Source of the DNA: Eledone cirrhosa
Taxonomy: Eukaryota
Length of the DNA stretch: 64,000 nt
Reading direction: 5' to 3'
Assembly (NCBI GenBank): GCA_964016885.1
Contig: OZ024743.1
Location: 298,158,001 to 298,222,000, forward strand
Of this stretch, positions 12,326 to 25,000 are shown piece after piece. Numbering within the stretch: position 1 is the stretch's first letter; each line of letters starts with the position of its first letter. The position numbers and the translations under genes were made by a program. The notes beneath the pieces are model-generated. The model worked only from the letters and a program-made list of their open reading frames with translations. It did not search any database and had not been told where the DNA came from.

Positions 12326-12886
12326 TCATCATCATCATCATCATCACCGTTTTACGTCCGTTCTTCCATGCTAGCATGGGTTAGACGGGTTGTCCTGTTG
12401 TGGGCAGTGTCTGGTCGGCTGACCATGCCTTGCTCATACAGGAACTGATCTGGCTTGATTTCTACAGCTGGATGCCCTTCCTAACACCAACCTCATTTAC
12501 AGTGAGTGCTGGGTGCTTTTTCGTGGCGCCTACACGTCCACTTTACAGTGTGGGCTGGGTGCTTTTTTGCCGTGGCACCTCCACGACCACCTTGCGGTGG
12601 GGGGAGTGGGGGCATATTGTTTATATGCTTCAGCATGTACCCATGGGAGGTCGGGTACCCTGTATTACTGCGTGACGCCAGAAGTCACGGTCGTGTGTCA
12701 TTGTCTTTGAGAGGTGTAGTTGGGTAAGGTCGGCTTTTATCACCTCATCCCAAGTCATCTTGGGTCTCCCCACTCCGCGGTTTCCATCAACTTCTAGTGC
12801 TCTGCACCTTTTTATGCAGCTGTCATCCTTCATACGCATCACATGTGATAAAAGCCGACCTTACCCAACTACACCTCTCAAAGACA
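12326..12886 (-). mobile_element. 5'-truncated RTE LINE with a short fold-back at its 5' junction
   Basis: VMRMKDDSCIKRCRALEVDGNRGVGRPKMTW, 3' UTR and (GAT)n tail. 12845-12886 is the reverse complement of 12702-12743. Confidence 0.9.
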
Positions 12887-13542
12887 TCAATATCATCTTT
12901 ATAGATGCTTAGTATTACAGGCAAGGAAACTAGTAGGGTGAGCGAGATTACATTCGTTGCTACTACTATCATCACCACTACATGATAGGGGAGAGGAGGA
13001 GAAGTTAGACATTTTCAGACTTTGTCTTGCTAAATCATTGATATCCACCGTAAGTGGTGTGAGGTGGGAGCTTAACCCCACCTCCGCCCCAGTGTTAGAG
13101 CCAGGTAGAAATGATACAGGGGCTGGCCTACTTAATGTCAACAAGCTAAGTGGTGGCCCCTTATATCGAAAAAACTTTTATGTTGTTTGTTTAAATATCA
13201 CTGATGAACACGGGCTGATAAATTGGGCTGGAATCACATTACCTAATCATCAACGCCAGCAAATTATATATAATGGCTAAATAAATAAACTTTTTATCAA
13301 CTACATATAGCCTTTGCTTTATTTACTATTCTGTTATATATATATAAGTGTGTAAAATCTTGACCATGGCGCCAAGCACTTTTGGCTGAACACACAAGCT
13401 GAAACCGTTTGGTGCCATGGTTGGGATTTTACACATCTCTGTAACAAATCCACATTTCCCCATGTATCAAGTACTCACATGATTAGTGGTCTCCTCAGTG
13501 TCAACACTGCAGACTCTATTAATATATATATATATATATATA

Positions 13543-13824
13543 TATGAAAAATTCGGGATCCTACGGTTGAGCTCCTGTCATTTCAACAGCTAGATCTGAA
13601 CTAAATGGCCAGTGTTCTGGCAGCAGGAATAGCTGACGTCATCAGGGAGCGACATCAGCTATTCCTGCCGCCAGAACACTGGTGATTCAGTTCAGATCTA
13701 GCTGCTGAAATGGCAGAAGCTCGATCGTTGGGGTGGTCCTGAATTTTTCATATTACCCACTCTACTAGCCCAAGTATCGAGTACTCTGGTGAGTAATGGT
13801 CTAACTGGTTTTTACTGCATCCAT

Positions 13825-13830
<6 letters not shown>
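13543..13830. mobile_element. Palindromic Penelope-type pLTR unit (~95 bp arms)
   Basis: 13543-13640 pairs with 13651-13752, flanked by (TA)n. The - strand has GCUCC-CUGAUGA...GAAAUGACA-GGAGC (hammerhead-like, non-canonical cleavage site). Confidence 0.75.
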
Positions 13831-13875
<45 letters not shown>

Positions 13876-13926
13876 AAGAGTGAAGAATAACATGTTCAAC
13901 TGTACAAAAGAGGGTTTTATTTACAG

Positions 13927-14025
13927 TATTAACAATTGTTTCATTGATTAGGGTGTCTAAAAATTGCTAATCACTTGCGTCACTCAATTTTAAATACATG
14001 CATGTCTAATCAAATTATCAGAATA
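13927..14025 (-). ncRNA. Hammerhead-like motif in the pLTR of the Naiad-like element
   Basis: UAUU-CUGAUAA-UUUGAUUAG...CUAAUCAAU-GAAAC(AAUU)GUU-AAUA. The C3/A8 mismatch suggests decay. Confidence 0.6.
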
Positions 14026-14089
14026 ACTGATTAGAATTATACACGGCGTTTGTAATATACTAGGAAAATTCAAATCACATCAGTAATAA

Positions 14090-14290
14090 AGAAAGAAAAA
14101 AGAAAAAGAGAGAGAAAAAGAAAAAAGAAAAAAGAAAAAAGAAAAAAGAAAAAAGAAAAAAGAAAAAAAGAAAAAAGAAAAAAAGAAAAAAGAAAAAAGA
14201 AAAAAGAAAAAAGAAAAAAGAAAAAAGAAAAAAGAAAAAAGAAAAAAGAAAAAATAAAAAAGAAAAAAGAAAAAAAGGAAAAAAAAAATA
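14090..14290. repeat. (GAAAAAA)n purine heptamer tract
   Basis: Directly visible; source of the poly-F ORFs. Confidence 0.95.
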
Positions 14291-14691
14291 ATAAATAAAT
14301 AATAATGAATAAGTTAGAATGAAGATGATAAAAAATAGGTAAAAAATAAGTGTGAAAAAAGTGAACATAATATGATCGTTGAAAATAGTTGTGGTGGTGG
14401 TGGTGGTTAAAATTATAGTGGTGTGTACGTATAAAGATGTGATGGTATAAATATGAAAATATTAAATATATACACATATGTATTGGTTAAATTACAGAGG
14501 GTTATATTATGAAGAAATAATACAGTGATAAATAAAGGATAAATTACTAAATTGAAAGTTATGTGAGAGGTGAAGAGAACATGATAGGATATAATGGAAG
14601 AGGTGAAATAGTTTTAGGGAAAGAGAGTGAAAGAAAGAAAGGTGAGGAGGTTATGATATTGATTCAGTGATTAGTTGATCTATTGACAGTT

Positions 14692-14872
14692 AATAATTGT
14701 TTCTACTTTTGGCACAAGGCCAGTAATTACCCAGTACATTACTGGTACTTTATTTTATAGACCCCGTAAGGATGAAAATCAAAGTTAACCTCGACGGGAT
14801 TTGAACTCAGTCCGTAAAGGGATATAACTGTGCTGGAAAGCATGGCGTCCGACCCTCTACTGATACTGCCAA
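14692..14872 (-). mobile_element. tRNA-SINE family A
   Basis: Reverse strand: ggcagtatcagtagagggtcggacgcc...gagttcaaatcc (B box)...cttacggggtctataaaataaagtaccag...(ATT)n. Confidence 0.9.
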
Positions 14873-16200
14873 TAGTTAATAATAATGGGTTATAGACTCT
14901 AAGTGGTTCAGTTTGAATTATGGGATTATTGGATCGAATCATGTTGGTTTGAAATTTGCGAATTTAGTAGCTGCTTTATGCCTACAGAAAATTGACCTTT
15001 TTATTTTGCTGTTAAGCAACATTTTGTCATACTTTAAAATTGCAAAGTCCGCAGTGGACATTCCATTTCTGTAGGCCTTTGCCCCCGATAATTTCGACCA
15101 GCTAATCCTGTATTCTTGGTTTGAATCCTTAAGCTCCCAGATTTTATTGGCGAGCATTGTTGTGTTCATTAGTTACAGTTCTTTATAGAATGTCTGTGAA
15201 CGTACCATCTTTTTTTGAACTCCCCAGCCGTAGAACCTATGTAGTGCCATGCTTAGTTGCCTGAATTTATAGTACACAGGTACACTATATTTGAATCCAG
15301 GCATCTATTTTGTAGTGGGCACTTATCCGGTAAGTGAGAGTTACATTTTGAGGCCTTTCTGTGTGCCGGTTCTTCGATGCGGTTTTGTATGTTGTTAAAT
15401 ATGGGCTGAGATTTGGGTTTGTTGATGTTTTGTTGTGATGCGTTTTGACGTATGTGTGGTTGTGATGTTATGTGTTTGTGTTTTGTATTTGGTGTTATGG
15501 TGTTTGTTTCTAGGTTATTTTCATTAGAGATTCTTCTATAGTTAATTTTATGTATGTGTGATTCTATGTTGGCTGCAGTAGAGTAAGACAGTTTGATAGT
15601 TTTTCTATTAAAGATTTTATGGTATTTATGAAGTTTAGGGAAGTGCTTGTCAATTAGTTTAGAGAATGTAGAAGGTAGTTTGGTTTTTATAGAGGAGTTA
15701 AATATTGGATGGGACCATAAGTATTTCCTATCTCTGGATTTTCTATAGTTCCTAGGGGGTCCTTATATTAGTATTCGGTTCAGTTATTTCTGGTGCTCGT
15801 TGTCTATTTCCATGTTTAATCCTATATTTGCTATTTCTATAGGTGTGGGTGGTGTTATTGTTGTTAGGTGTGTTGTTGTTGTCTGTATCTGGTATATATT
15901 TGAGCCTCTACTTGTGGTCTGCCTTAAGTAAAGCTATGTTGTAGTAGTTCGCGTGTTCATTAAAAATCTCTGGGTTAGAAGATAAGCGTGAAATTCTAAA
16001 GGATACACTATGTGCTATGGAGTTAATTATGGAGCGAGGGTAGTTTGAGGTATAACTAATGTATGCTAGATTTTCGTTATTTTTATGGAAGATCTCTATT
16101 AGTCCTGTGTTTAGGTTGAGTGATACATCTAAGAAGTTAGCTGTTTTAGAATTAAGTTCGAAAGTGATGCCTAGGCCTAGTTTATTGAAGAAGATATATA

Positions 16201-17502
16201 TGACTATAGCAAGGAATTTAGCATACAGGTCGGTGTCCACCAGGGCTCTGTTCTTAGCCCTCTCCCGTTCCTCATAGTTTTGCAGGCAATAACAGAGGAG
16301 TTTAAGACCGGATGCCCATGGGAACTCCTGTATGCAGATGACCTCGCACTTATAGCTGAATCTATGGTAGAACTAGAGAAGAAATTCCAAACATGGAAGC
16401 AGGGACTAGAAAGAAAGGGTCTCAAAGTCAACCTGACAAAGACTAAGCTCCTTGTAAGTAGACGAGAAAACAGAACCCAGATCCCCTCAGGGAAATGGCC
16501 TTGCTCAGTATGTAGGAAAGGTGTAGGTAGGAACTCCATCCTCTGCCCCAAATGCAAACAATGGGTACACAAGAGATGTAGTGGGATCTCAGGAAGCTTA
16601 ACTAAGAATGTAGGCTTCATATGTAGCGCTGCGCTGGGACAGCAAGCAGCAAACAGCCACAGGAAGCAAGCACCACCAAACTCTGGGAAGGCTCTGTAGA
16701 AACAGTAGACAGCTTCTGCTACCTAGGTGACGGAATTAGCAGCGGAGGTGGATGTTCGGAAAGTACAATAACTAGGGTAAGAATGGGATGGAAGAAGTTC
16801 AGGGAGCTACTGCCACTGCTAGCTGCAAAAGGCTTTTCCCTCAAAATGAAAGGCAGACTGTATGATGCATGTATACTTAGGCGCTGTCTGTAGAAGACTT
16901 GCGTAGATTAGAAAGAAACGAAGCCTGCATGCTCCGATGGATGTGTAATAGTAATATACGCGAACGGCAAAGCATAAACGAATTGAGAGAGAGACTGAGC
17001 ATAAGAGGAATCAAATGCTGTGTGCAGAGTACTAGAAGTCGATGGGAGCCGTGGAGTGGGGAGACCCAAGAAGACTTGGGATGAGGTGATAAAAGCCGAC
17101 CTCACCCAATTACACCTCTCAAAGGCGATGACACACGACCGTGACCTCTCGCGTCACACAGTAATACAGAAGACCCTACCCCCCAGGGGTTCAAGCCAAA
17201 GCTGAAGCATATAGAACATATGCCCCCACCCACTCCCACTGCAAAGTTGTCGTGGAGGTGCCACGGCAAAAAAGCACCTAGCCCACACTATAAAGTGGAC
17301 GTGTAGGCGCCACGGAATAAGCACCCAGCACTCACTGTAAATGAGGTTGGTGTTAGGAAGGGTATCCAGCTGTAGAAATCAAACCAGAATCAGTTCCCGC
17401 ATGAGCAAGATAAGGTCAGCTGACCGGACACTGCCCACAACAAGACAACCCGTCTAACTCACGCTGGCGTGAAAGAACGGACGTAAAACGGTGATGATGA
17501 TG
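16201..17502 (+). mobile_element. 5'-truncated RTE LINE
   Basis: GVHQGSVLSP, ELLYADDLALIA, PCSVCRKGVGRNSILCPKCKQWVHKRCSG, GRPKKTW, 3' UTR and (GAT)n. Frameshifted. Confidence 0.95.
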
Positions 17503-17520
17503 ATATATATACATATATAG

Positions 17521-18070
17521 CTGTGGAGTGGGGAGACTCAGGAAGATTTGCGATGAGGTGATAAAAGCTGACCTTGCCCAATTGCATTTCTCAAAGTCGA
17601 TGACACAGGACCAAGATCTCTGGCTCTACTCAGTAATACAAAAGACACGACGTCTCACGGGCTCAGCTGAAGCTGAAGCATTCATATATTGTGCACCACC
17701 CCACCCCGCCTACTCCCATACATATCCCATGAGGACAAGCTGAAGTATTCATCTAGTGAAGCCTCCAGCCCACACTGTAAAGTATTCGTGATGGCGACAC
17801 GGCAAAAAGTGCCCAGCCCACACTGTAAAGTGTTCATGTAGGTGTCACGACAAAAAGCATCTAGTCCACACTGAAACACGACAAAAAACACCAAGTACTC
17901 ATTGTAAATAAGGTTGAGGCTAAGAAAGGAATCCACTTGTAGAAACCAAGCCAAAATTGGTTCTATATGAACTAGACATGGTCACCTCTCCTGGCATTGC
18001 TTACAACAGGATAACTCGTCTAACCCATGCCAGCGTGAAAAAATGTACGTTAAACAGTGATGATGATGAT
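17521..18070 (+). mobile_element. RTE LINE 3' end (second subfamily)
   Basis: Homologous to 17050-17500 and 48170-48570; (GAT)n tail. Confidence 0.85.
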
Positions 18071-18129
18071 ATAAATATATAAGTATATAAATATATATCA
18101 ATTAAAATAATTTTAAAAGCTATACAATG

Positions 18130-18455
18130 CATTAGAAAATCAAAGGTGCCAAGATAACAATAGAATGTTACCTTAGCAAATTTAATTATCCCAAATATTT
18201 CCGGGTTTAAAAACCCATTATCAAGGGAGTAACCATGTGAAGGTCTTAAAGGATCGTTCAGCGATGTGTTGTTAGGAAGGCAGAGACCTTCATAGGGATA
18301 TTCCCTTCATAATTGGTTTTTAAACCCGGAAATATTTGGGATAAGTGAATTTGCTAAGGTAAGATTCTATTATTTTCTAATACATTTTAAATTATTCAAA
18401 TTTATATTTCCTATTCAACAATGCTTCAAGCAAGCTGCAACACTCTGTTATAAAT
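18130..18455. mobile_element. Palindromic Penelope-type pLTR unit
   Basis: Arms at ~18159-18246 and 18284-18371. The tail 18400-18455 recurs inverted at 48966-49025. Confidence 0.75.
18189..18228 (-). ncRNA. Minimal hammerhead motif, U3-A8 variant
   Basis: UCCC-UUGAUAA-U-GGGUUU(UU)AAACCC-G-GAAAUAUUU-GGGA. The mirror copy at 18302-18341 has UUCAUAA. Confidence 0.6.
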
Positions 18456-18469
18456 ATATATATAATATC

Positions 18470-19110
18470 ATCATCATTTTGCATTTGCTTGTTCCATGTT
18501 TGCATGGGTTGGAGTTTCTTTCAGCACCGCATCTCTTCAATTGTCATGTCCCTTTGTCATCTCCTGTGTGAGCTTCATCGATTTGAGATCAGCAATCACC
18601 ACTTCTGCCCAGGTCTTCCTCAACTGCATCACCTTTTCCCTTCTAGCAATTAATGAGTATACTGCGGCATCAGTCATTAGATATGATCCCATCCTGTATT
18701 ACCTAATGGTCTTTATGGATAACTAGTTCAGCACCTACTTTCTCAGATGCTTTCAGCATCTCTGCAACTATATCTGATGATGGTCCATTGGCTTTACCGA
18801 TTTTTCATCTCCTTGATTGTTTCTTTGATCCAATAACTGTCAATTTTGATAGCTGGTCCCTCTGCTGGGTCAGTTGGGAGTAGTCTCTCTTCCTCCCACT
18901 CATTTTCCACATTCACCACCCTCACACAGTAGCATTTCCAGGCCTCTTTCTTTTGAGTATTAGTGATGCTAAGTGCACTGGTGTCGTTTTAAACAAACTT
19001 TTCTCCAACAATATTCTGATTCACACTGACACATTGGCAAACCTCCTTCTTTTAGTCTCTTTTCATGCTATGTATACTTTTTATCTAGTTTCTCATACTA
19101 GTCTCCGCTA
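18470..19110 (-). mobile_element. Rearranged, decayed RTE LINE fragments
   Basis: 3' end similar to 5530-5700, plus KDGKANGPSS-like pre-RT remnants on the - strand. Confidence 0.6.
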
Positions 19111-19284
19111 CCTCCATTTTTCCATTCTTTCCATCCCGTCTCCTGGTTTTAATGGCTCTGAAATGGAAAGAGGGTTATCTTGTCTAAGTGTTTACAGTCA
19201 CTGTGGTCGAGACTAACAGGCTTAAATTGACAAAGAAACATGTCTGAAAAGTCAAAAGTCTGTCTGAAGCCAGGTTCATCAAGC

Positions 19285-19520
19285 TGATACTTGTCCCGGT
19301 TTCTGTGGTGTTAAGCAACTGAGAATACAAGATTTCCCATTGAACAGGATGTCAGTCTATTGTAGGGTTAAACCCCCAACTATTGCTGGTACTCATTTTG
19401 AGCTGAGTATACTGGAGTAATGTGAAATAAAGTGTTTTGCTCAAGAACACAACACACAACACAATCCAGGAACCGAAACCATGACATTATGATCATGAGT
19501 CCAACACCTTACTACTAGAA
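19285..19520 (-). mobile_element. Diverged CORE-type SINE with a different tail
   Basis: gctgagtatactggagtaatgtgaaataaagtgttttgctcaag core shared with family B. Confidence 0.7.
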
Positions 19521-20304
19521 ACACTGTAGTCGAGGAACTAAAGATACTGGAAGTCTCAATGGTGATTGACAAAAAGGAGTTGGTCAGTCAATGCCTGGTA
19601 TTTGATCATCTACTCCTTTAGGCTGTTGGCAGTAATGTCTGGGTTTGTGGCTGAAGTAACGGGGTTGGTCATATCATCAGGGTATTTATTGTTACCACTA
19701 TTGTGACCAGCTGGCTTTAATCAGGAAACTGGCCACACCATGGCTAACAATTGTATTTACATTGATCATCAAAATCATCCCTCCCACCTATTTTTAGTAT
19801 AAATTTGGATATTTACCGAATGATATCTTTATTTTTGTTCCTGTTGATTTCACAGTCAATTGATGTGTAACAATTACAAAATACTAATTATCTAAAGTTA
19901 TTTCCTTTTCTTAATATTCCTCAGATCATTTCCCCCTCGCCCCCTCTCTTTTAATTAGATTTAGTTTCTTTGAACGTTTTTCTAAGAGGAAATCAGGAAG
20001 TTTTTTTAATCTTTCTTTTCTTCTATATCTACATTTTTGTGTCATTATCACCAACATTTTTATCCTTATGAGAATTTGTGATTCTTTGTACAATGTTTAT
20101 ATTCCAACATTGTGTTTCTGGTAAGTGGACGTAAAAACGTTGATGATGACGATGATATATGTGTGCGAATATGTATACACATATATATATATGTGCTAAA
20201 CGTAAACAAATTACAAAGCAAACGACACAGTAATATCATCATCATCATCATCATCATTTTACGTCCGCTCTTCCCTGCTTGCAAGGGTGGACGATATATA
20301 TATA

Positions 20305-23025
20305 TATATATTATACTTGGGGAGGGTCATATTGTTTTAATAATATTGCCAGAAATAATAACAGAACACACTCACTGTTTGTTTGGTTTTCGCTTCTGCA
20401 TCTTTTATATCTCCATAGTTAATTTATTTGGCAATCAATGTTTATCATTGATTGACCAACGATTAAAAATACAGATATAAATATATATATATAGCCTAAC
20501 AAAGTTCTTTCGTTGCACATCTGCAACATCATCAGTGGTACTATTATCATGTTTCCTCCTATTGTGTTGTGTTTACGCCATTTTTATTTTATTTATTTAT
20601 TTATTTTATGTCTCTGTCTCTGCGCATGCGTTTGCGTGTGTGTATGTTTGGTGTGCGTGTTCGCGTTTGGGTGTATGTATTTTGATTTTTGTATTCTATC
20701 TTTGTTTATTAGTGTGTGTTTATATGTGTTTGTTGTTATTGTACTTGTGTATATATTTATTTATTTATTTATTTATATTTCTCTTAAGTCAATATTGTTT
20801 GTTTGGGTATGGTTGTTGTTGTTATTCCATTCATTTTTTCGGTTTAACTTTGGCTTTCTAAGCTCTATTTCGTTCGCTTCTCTGATTTGCCTACCTGTTG
20901 GGTCATTTCTATGTTTAGATATTATTTTAATCTCTATGTTGTCTATGTTCTCGTCATGTTTTTGTCTGGCGTGTTCGTATAGTACTGAACCGTTTTTTTT
21001 TGTCGTTGTAATTCCCTCCAGTGTTGGTCTATTCCTTCTCCTATGGTTCGAGCTGTCTCACCTATGTATGTCGTTGTCATGTTTCTGCAAGTACCCTCTG
21101 TACATCTTATGCTATAGACTACATTTCTAGTTTTACAGTTTATCTGGGGGTTCACTTTACATATAACACATTTCTTATTAGTACAGTGGGTTTTCTTAAA
21201 GGGATATGTTTTGCTGATCAGGGATTTTATGGTAGTTCCTGGCTTTTCTACCACTTTACTCTTTAAGTGGGTCTTTCTTAGGGCCTTTCTACATTGGTTA
21301 GATAATTTTACCACCAGGGGTAGCATCAACGAACATGACACTCTGGTATCTCTGGTTGTCGTACCATGAGGTGGCTTTCCCTATCTTATGTTTAGTCCTA
21401 TCTAAGCTATTCCATGATTTCCTCCTGTATAATGGGCAAATTCCTTTCATGTCCATTTCTATGAGGGTCTTATTCTTATCCGTGTCTACTTTGTATACTC
21501 TGATTCTGTCTCTTTGGTTGTAGCCAGAGAATTGCATGCGGTTGATGAAGTGTTGGCTGTGTCTTTCCATTTCTGTTGGGTCGCACATGCGGGACACGTT
21601 CTTCATCACTCGTACCAAGTCTGCGATCAGAATATTAAACTTAGCACTACTGGACATTGCTGAGTTTTGAGTATCAGATATTTGGAGGCCATGGGTTTAA
21701 CATAGTGTGAGTGGAGAATTTGGGCCCGCTCGTCTATAGTGTTCATCCAGAGTTCCGTGTCTAATACAGGTAGTCTATTGTTAGGGTGTTTGGAGGGGTA
21801 GTCAACAGTTACAGTTATACTCTGGTGTATGCAGTTAGCTATGTGCTGGATGCCTTCCATTGTGCTATATTCTAAATCATGTTCGTTAGTACTCTCTTGT
21901 GGGGGTGTTCTTATTACTATATTATTATCGTCTACGTAACGAGAGTACATGACGAGGTCTATGGAGCTCTCTTCAAGGAGATCTTTGAGTCTCCTTTCCC
22001 ACCATACCATAAATAGATTGGCAACATCACCAGCTATGCTGATGCCAATGGCTGCTCCCTCATTCTGGCTGTAGATCTTTTCATTGAATTTAAACATATG
22101 GCCCTTTAGGGTAGTTTTAATACTAGCCCCTATTGCACGCGCGACCATTTTTCTCATCTGATCAGTCTTTCTGGGTGTCTGTATGGCTTTGGCCCACCCA
22201 TTCCACCTTCCCATGGGAGCCTTTTTTGCCATTGAGGTTATGGTGGGGAGTCTACCTCTTATGGGTCAACTGGGGCAGGAACGGCTAGGGTCATGGCTAT
22301 CTAGGTACTCGGTGTCATAAGTAAGTCTAAGTAGGAGGCCCAGTTCATCTGTGTCGACATCGCAGAACTCCACCTCACTCTCACTGATTATTTCCACACA
22401 TTTTTCCACAGCAAAATCAATGTTAATGGATAGGTACAGTGATACTACATCCATACTGCCTATTATGCAGTTAGATAAGTTGTTGTTTTTGTTGCACTCA
22501 ATGATTCTGCTGAGGAGGTCCTCTGTACTGTCACATTCATCTGGGCACATCTTAATTATGTAGCGTATAACCATCGAGAGGAAGTAGGAGATCCTGTAGT
22601 TGCTAGCAATATTGGCTCCGCATACAGGTCTTGTTGGTGGTCCTGTCGTTGGGTCGTCGGGTGTCTTATGGTCATACAAGGGTGGTATGTCATTGTTAGA
22701 CACCTGGAAGTTGTTGGCAGTGCGTCTGAGGATCTTCTGTCCCCCCTCATGTGTTTGTTGTGTAGTTTCGCTCGTGTTGATGATGTGGGGTTGCATAGCC
22801 TTGATATAGTTCGGCATGCTGTCTATTGACATCCTACCAGATATATCTGTGAGTAGACACACTACTTCACCATCCCTTGTGCGCTGCTTGAGGCTAACTA
22901 GGCCTTCTAAAGGTTTCCTTCCAAGTTGTTGTATTTCTGGTCTGCTTAGTCTCTTAGTATATCGGTCTACTATTTGTCTAAGTTTATTTCTAGCTATGGT
23001 GCCTCTGTTTCGTCATCTATTTGTT
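20305..23025 (-). mobile_element. Penelope-like retroelement (Neptune-like), frameshifted RT plus GIY-YIG plus 3' pLTR
   Basis: PPTRPVCGA, IGSMDVVSLY, GAAIG, YSRYVDD, LPVLD, CTNKKCVIC...CKTRNVVYSIRC...YIGETAR across frameshifted ORFs. Flanked by (TA)n. Confidence 0.95.
20497..20540 (-). ncRNA. Hammerhead motif in the 3' pLTR (same family as 7073-7116)
   Basis: Identical core and stem II; sense orientation relative to the element's ORF. Confidence 0.72.
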
Positions 23026-23052
23026 GCGGTATATATATATATATATATATAT

Positions 23053-25000
23053 AAAACGAAAAATCAGTGATGCATCTGAACTCAATTTATTGTGTTACAA
23101 TTATTTCGCTGGCGGACAGCTCGAGACACGATCATTATGTGGATCTCTGGATCTGTCGCAGGTTCGACGGACACGTCTAATGATTTCGGGGCAAATTCTT
23201 TCACTGGGGTGTTAGAGTCAAAAACTTCATCCTCTTCGCACGTCCTGTTATTGGCCGCTGGTTGTCTACGTCATCATAATTCTGATCACAGGTATCGCTC
23301 GGCTGACCATCAGCTGTCCCGTGTCTGCCACACTTCAATGAATTACTGCTGGGTTTGGTGGTTCACACGTCCACGGGCGCACACACACACACAATCACAT
23401 ACATAACGATAGTCGTACGCATAGACTCCCGCTATACACACATTTAAGGAGAAAATATAAACCTATAAACATACGCATACACAGACGCATACCTACATGC
23501 CTATATATATTAACACACACACACACGCACACAGGCGCAGACAGATGCATACGCGTATATATACCCGTACACACAAACACGTACGGACATATACATAGAC
23601 ACCCCTCTTTTTTTTCTTTATCCCCCATGCACACACACATACACACACGTATCCATATATACAGACACAGATACACACTTGCTCGCAAACGCACACACAA
23701 ATATATACACACAAACAAGCCCTTTCCCTACAGTGGGTACACACACACACTGGCTCATATACACTCTTACAAATATGCGCATATTCACATACACGCCTAC
23801 GCACGCATACAAAGATACATATATATATATATATACACAAATAGGATATACACACAAAGTCATATCAAGATACACAATGGGTCATACATGAAAGGATGCA
23901 CCCTATCATAAACATGCACATATATAAACAATATAATCATATACATAATGGACGTTCATGGTATTACAGTAAATAGTATGCACAGACCACACATAGAAAA
24001 TACGTGCAGAAAACATATATAAAAAAAAGAAGAAGGAGCGTATATGCGTATGAGATAGTACACAAGAGAAGTATGAGATACACACGTGGGTCTGTATACG
24101 GAAAATACATTAGGTGTTACAAAATGGAATACGTGGAGAGTATGGACTCTCTATTGAAAAGATACACATGAATGGGGGTGCGTGGACCGGCCATACTGGA
24201 GTATGTCACTGTGGTTGAGGTATATTGTCTTATTGGTGTAAGGCATTTGACTGAAAGTCAATGGAATCCGGGTCAACCTGTCCCGGCTGAGGCGATGTTC
24301 TTGCCTAGGGTGACGTGCAGAGTCGGGTACGCATCCTGGGTTATTTCGGCTTATCGCACGGGGAATATATAGTCATCAGGGTATGGTGTCTGATCTCTTG
24401 AACCCGTTTCGCCGCTCTGGTCGGCGTGCGCTCCGCCGCATGCCTTTAGCCTGGGCTGCGCGGTGGATTCCATACGGAGAGTGTGCACCTTCTCTGGTGT
24501 CTGCACGTCATGATTATTTTCGATTTCAGGTTGACCGCATTATCCTTCAGTCTGACTTTCTCCATGGCCTCGGATAGGCATAGCCTACACTTTCTATTTC
24601 CAGCCGAGTATGCATTCGCGTGCCGAACGATACTCCAGTTAAGGGCATACGGGGTGCCTTTGTCTTTCAAGTTCCATACCAGGTCCGCCAGCCTAGTAGA
24701 GTGCCTCTTACTCCGGTCCTTGAAAGAGTTCGTGTGGTTATACAACCACGATTTAAAGGTCGTGGATATTGCGCCGATGTAGGTGCGCTTTATATTGTGC
24801 GTGCTAACCACACATTTATATACCAGGCCCTTCGTTAGGCATCTTCCTTGCAGGGGGCACTGTGTTCCCGCTCTGCAGTTGCACGTTCTGTCGTTATGTT
24901 GTTCATTTCGGATGCCTGGCCTATGATCTTCTACGGCCCTCTCCCGAATCAAACGGATGCCTGGCCTATGATCTTCTACGGCCCTCTCCCGAATCAAAGG
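23053..25000 (-). mobile_element. 5'-truncated Penelope-like element (Naiad-like GIY-YIG) with a long CA/TG-rich 3' region
   Basis: TCNCRAGTQCPLQGRCLTKGLVYKC...YIGAISTTFKSWLYNH...VWNLKD...KCRLCLSE...CRH. The terminus 23053-23370 is homologous to 33865-34200. Confidence 0.88.

Larger units (their letters stand above)
13871..16200 (-). mobile_element. Decayed Penelope-like element (Naiad-like), RT C-terminus plus GIY-YIG plus 3' pLTR
   Basis: NFLDVSLNL...YISYTSNYPRSII; KCN..PDKCPLQNRCLDSNIVYLC...YIGSTAGEFKKRW...IWELKD...CRHK. Contains a (GAAAAAA)n tract and a SINE; cut by an RTE at 16200. Confidence 0.85.
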
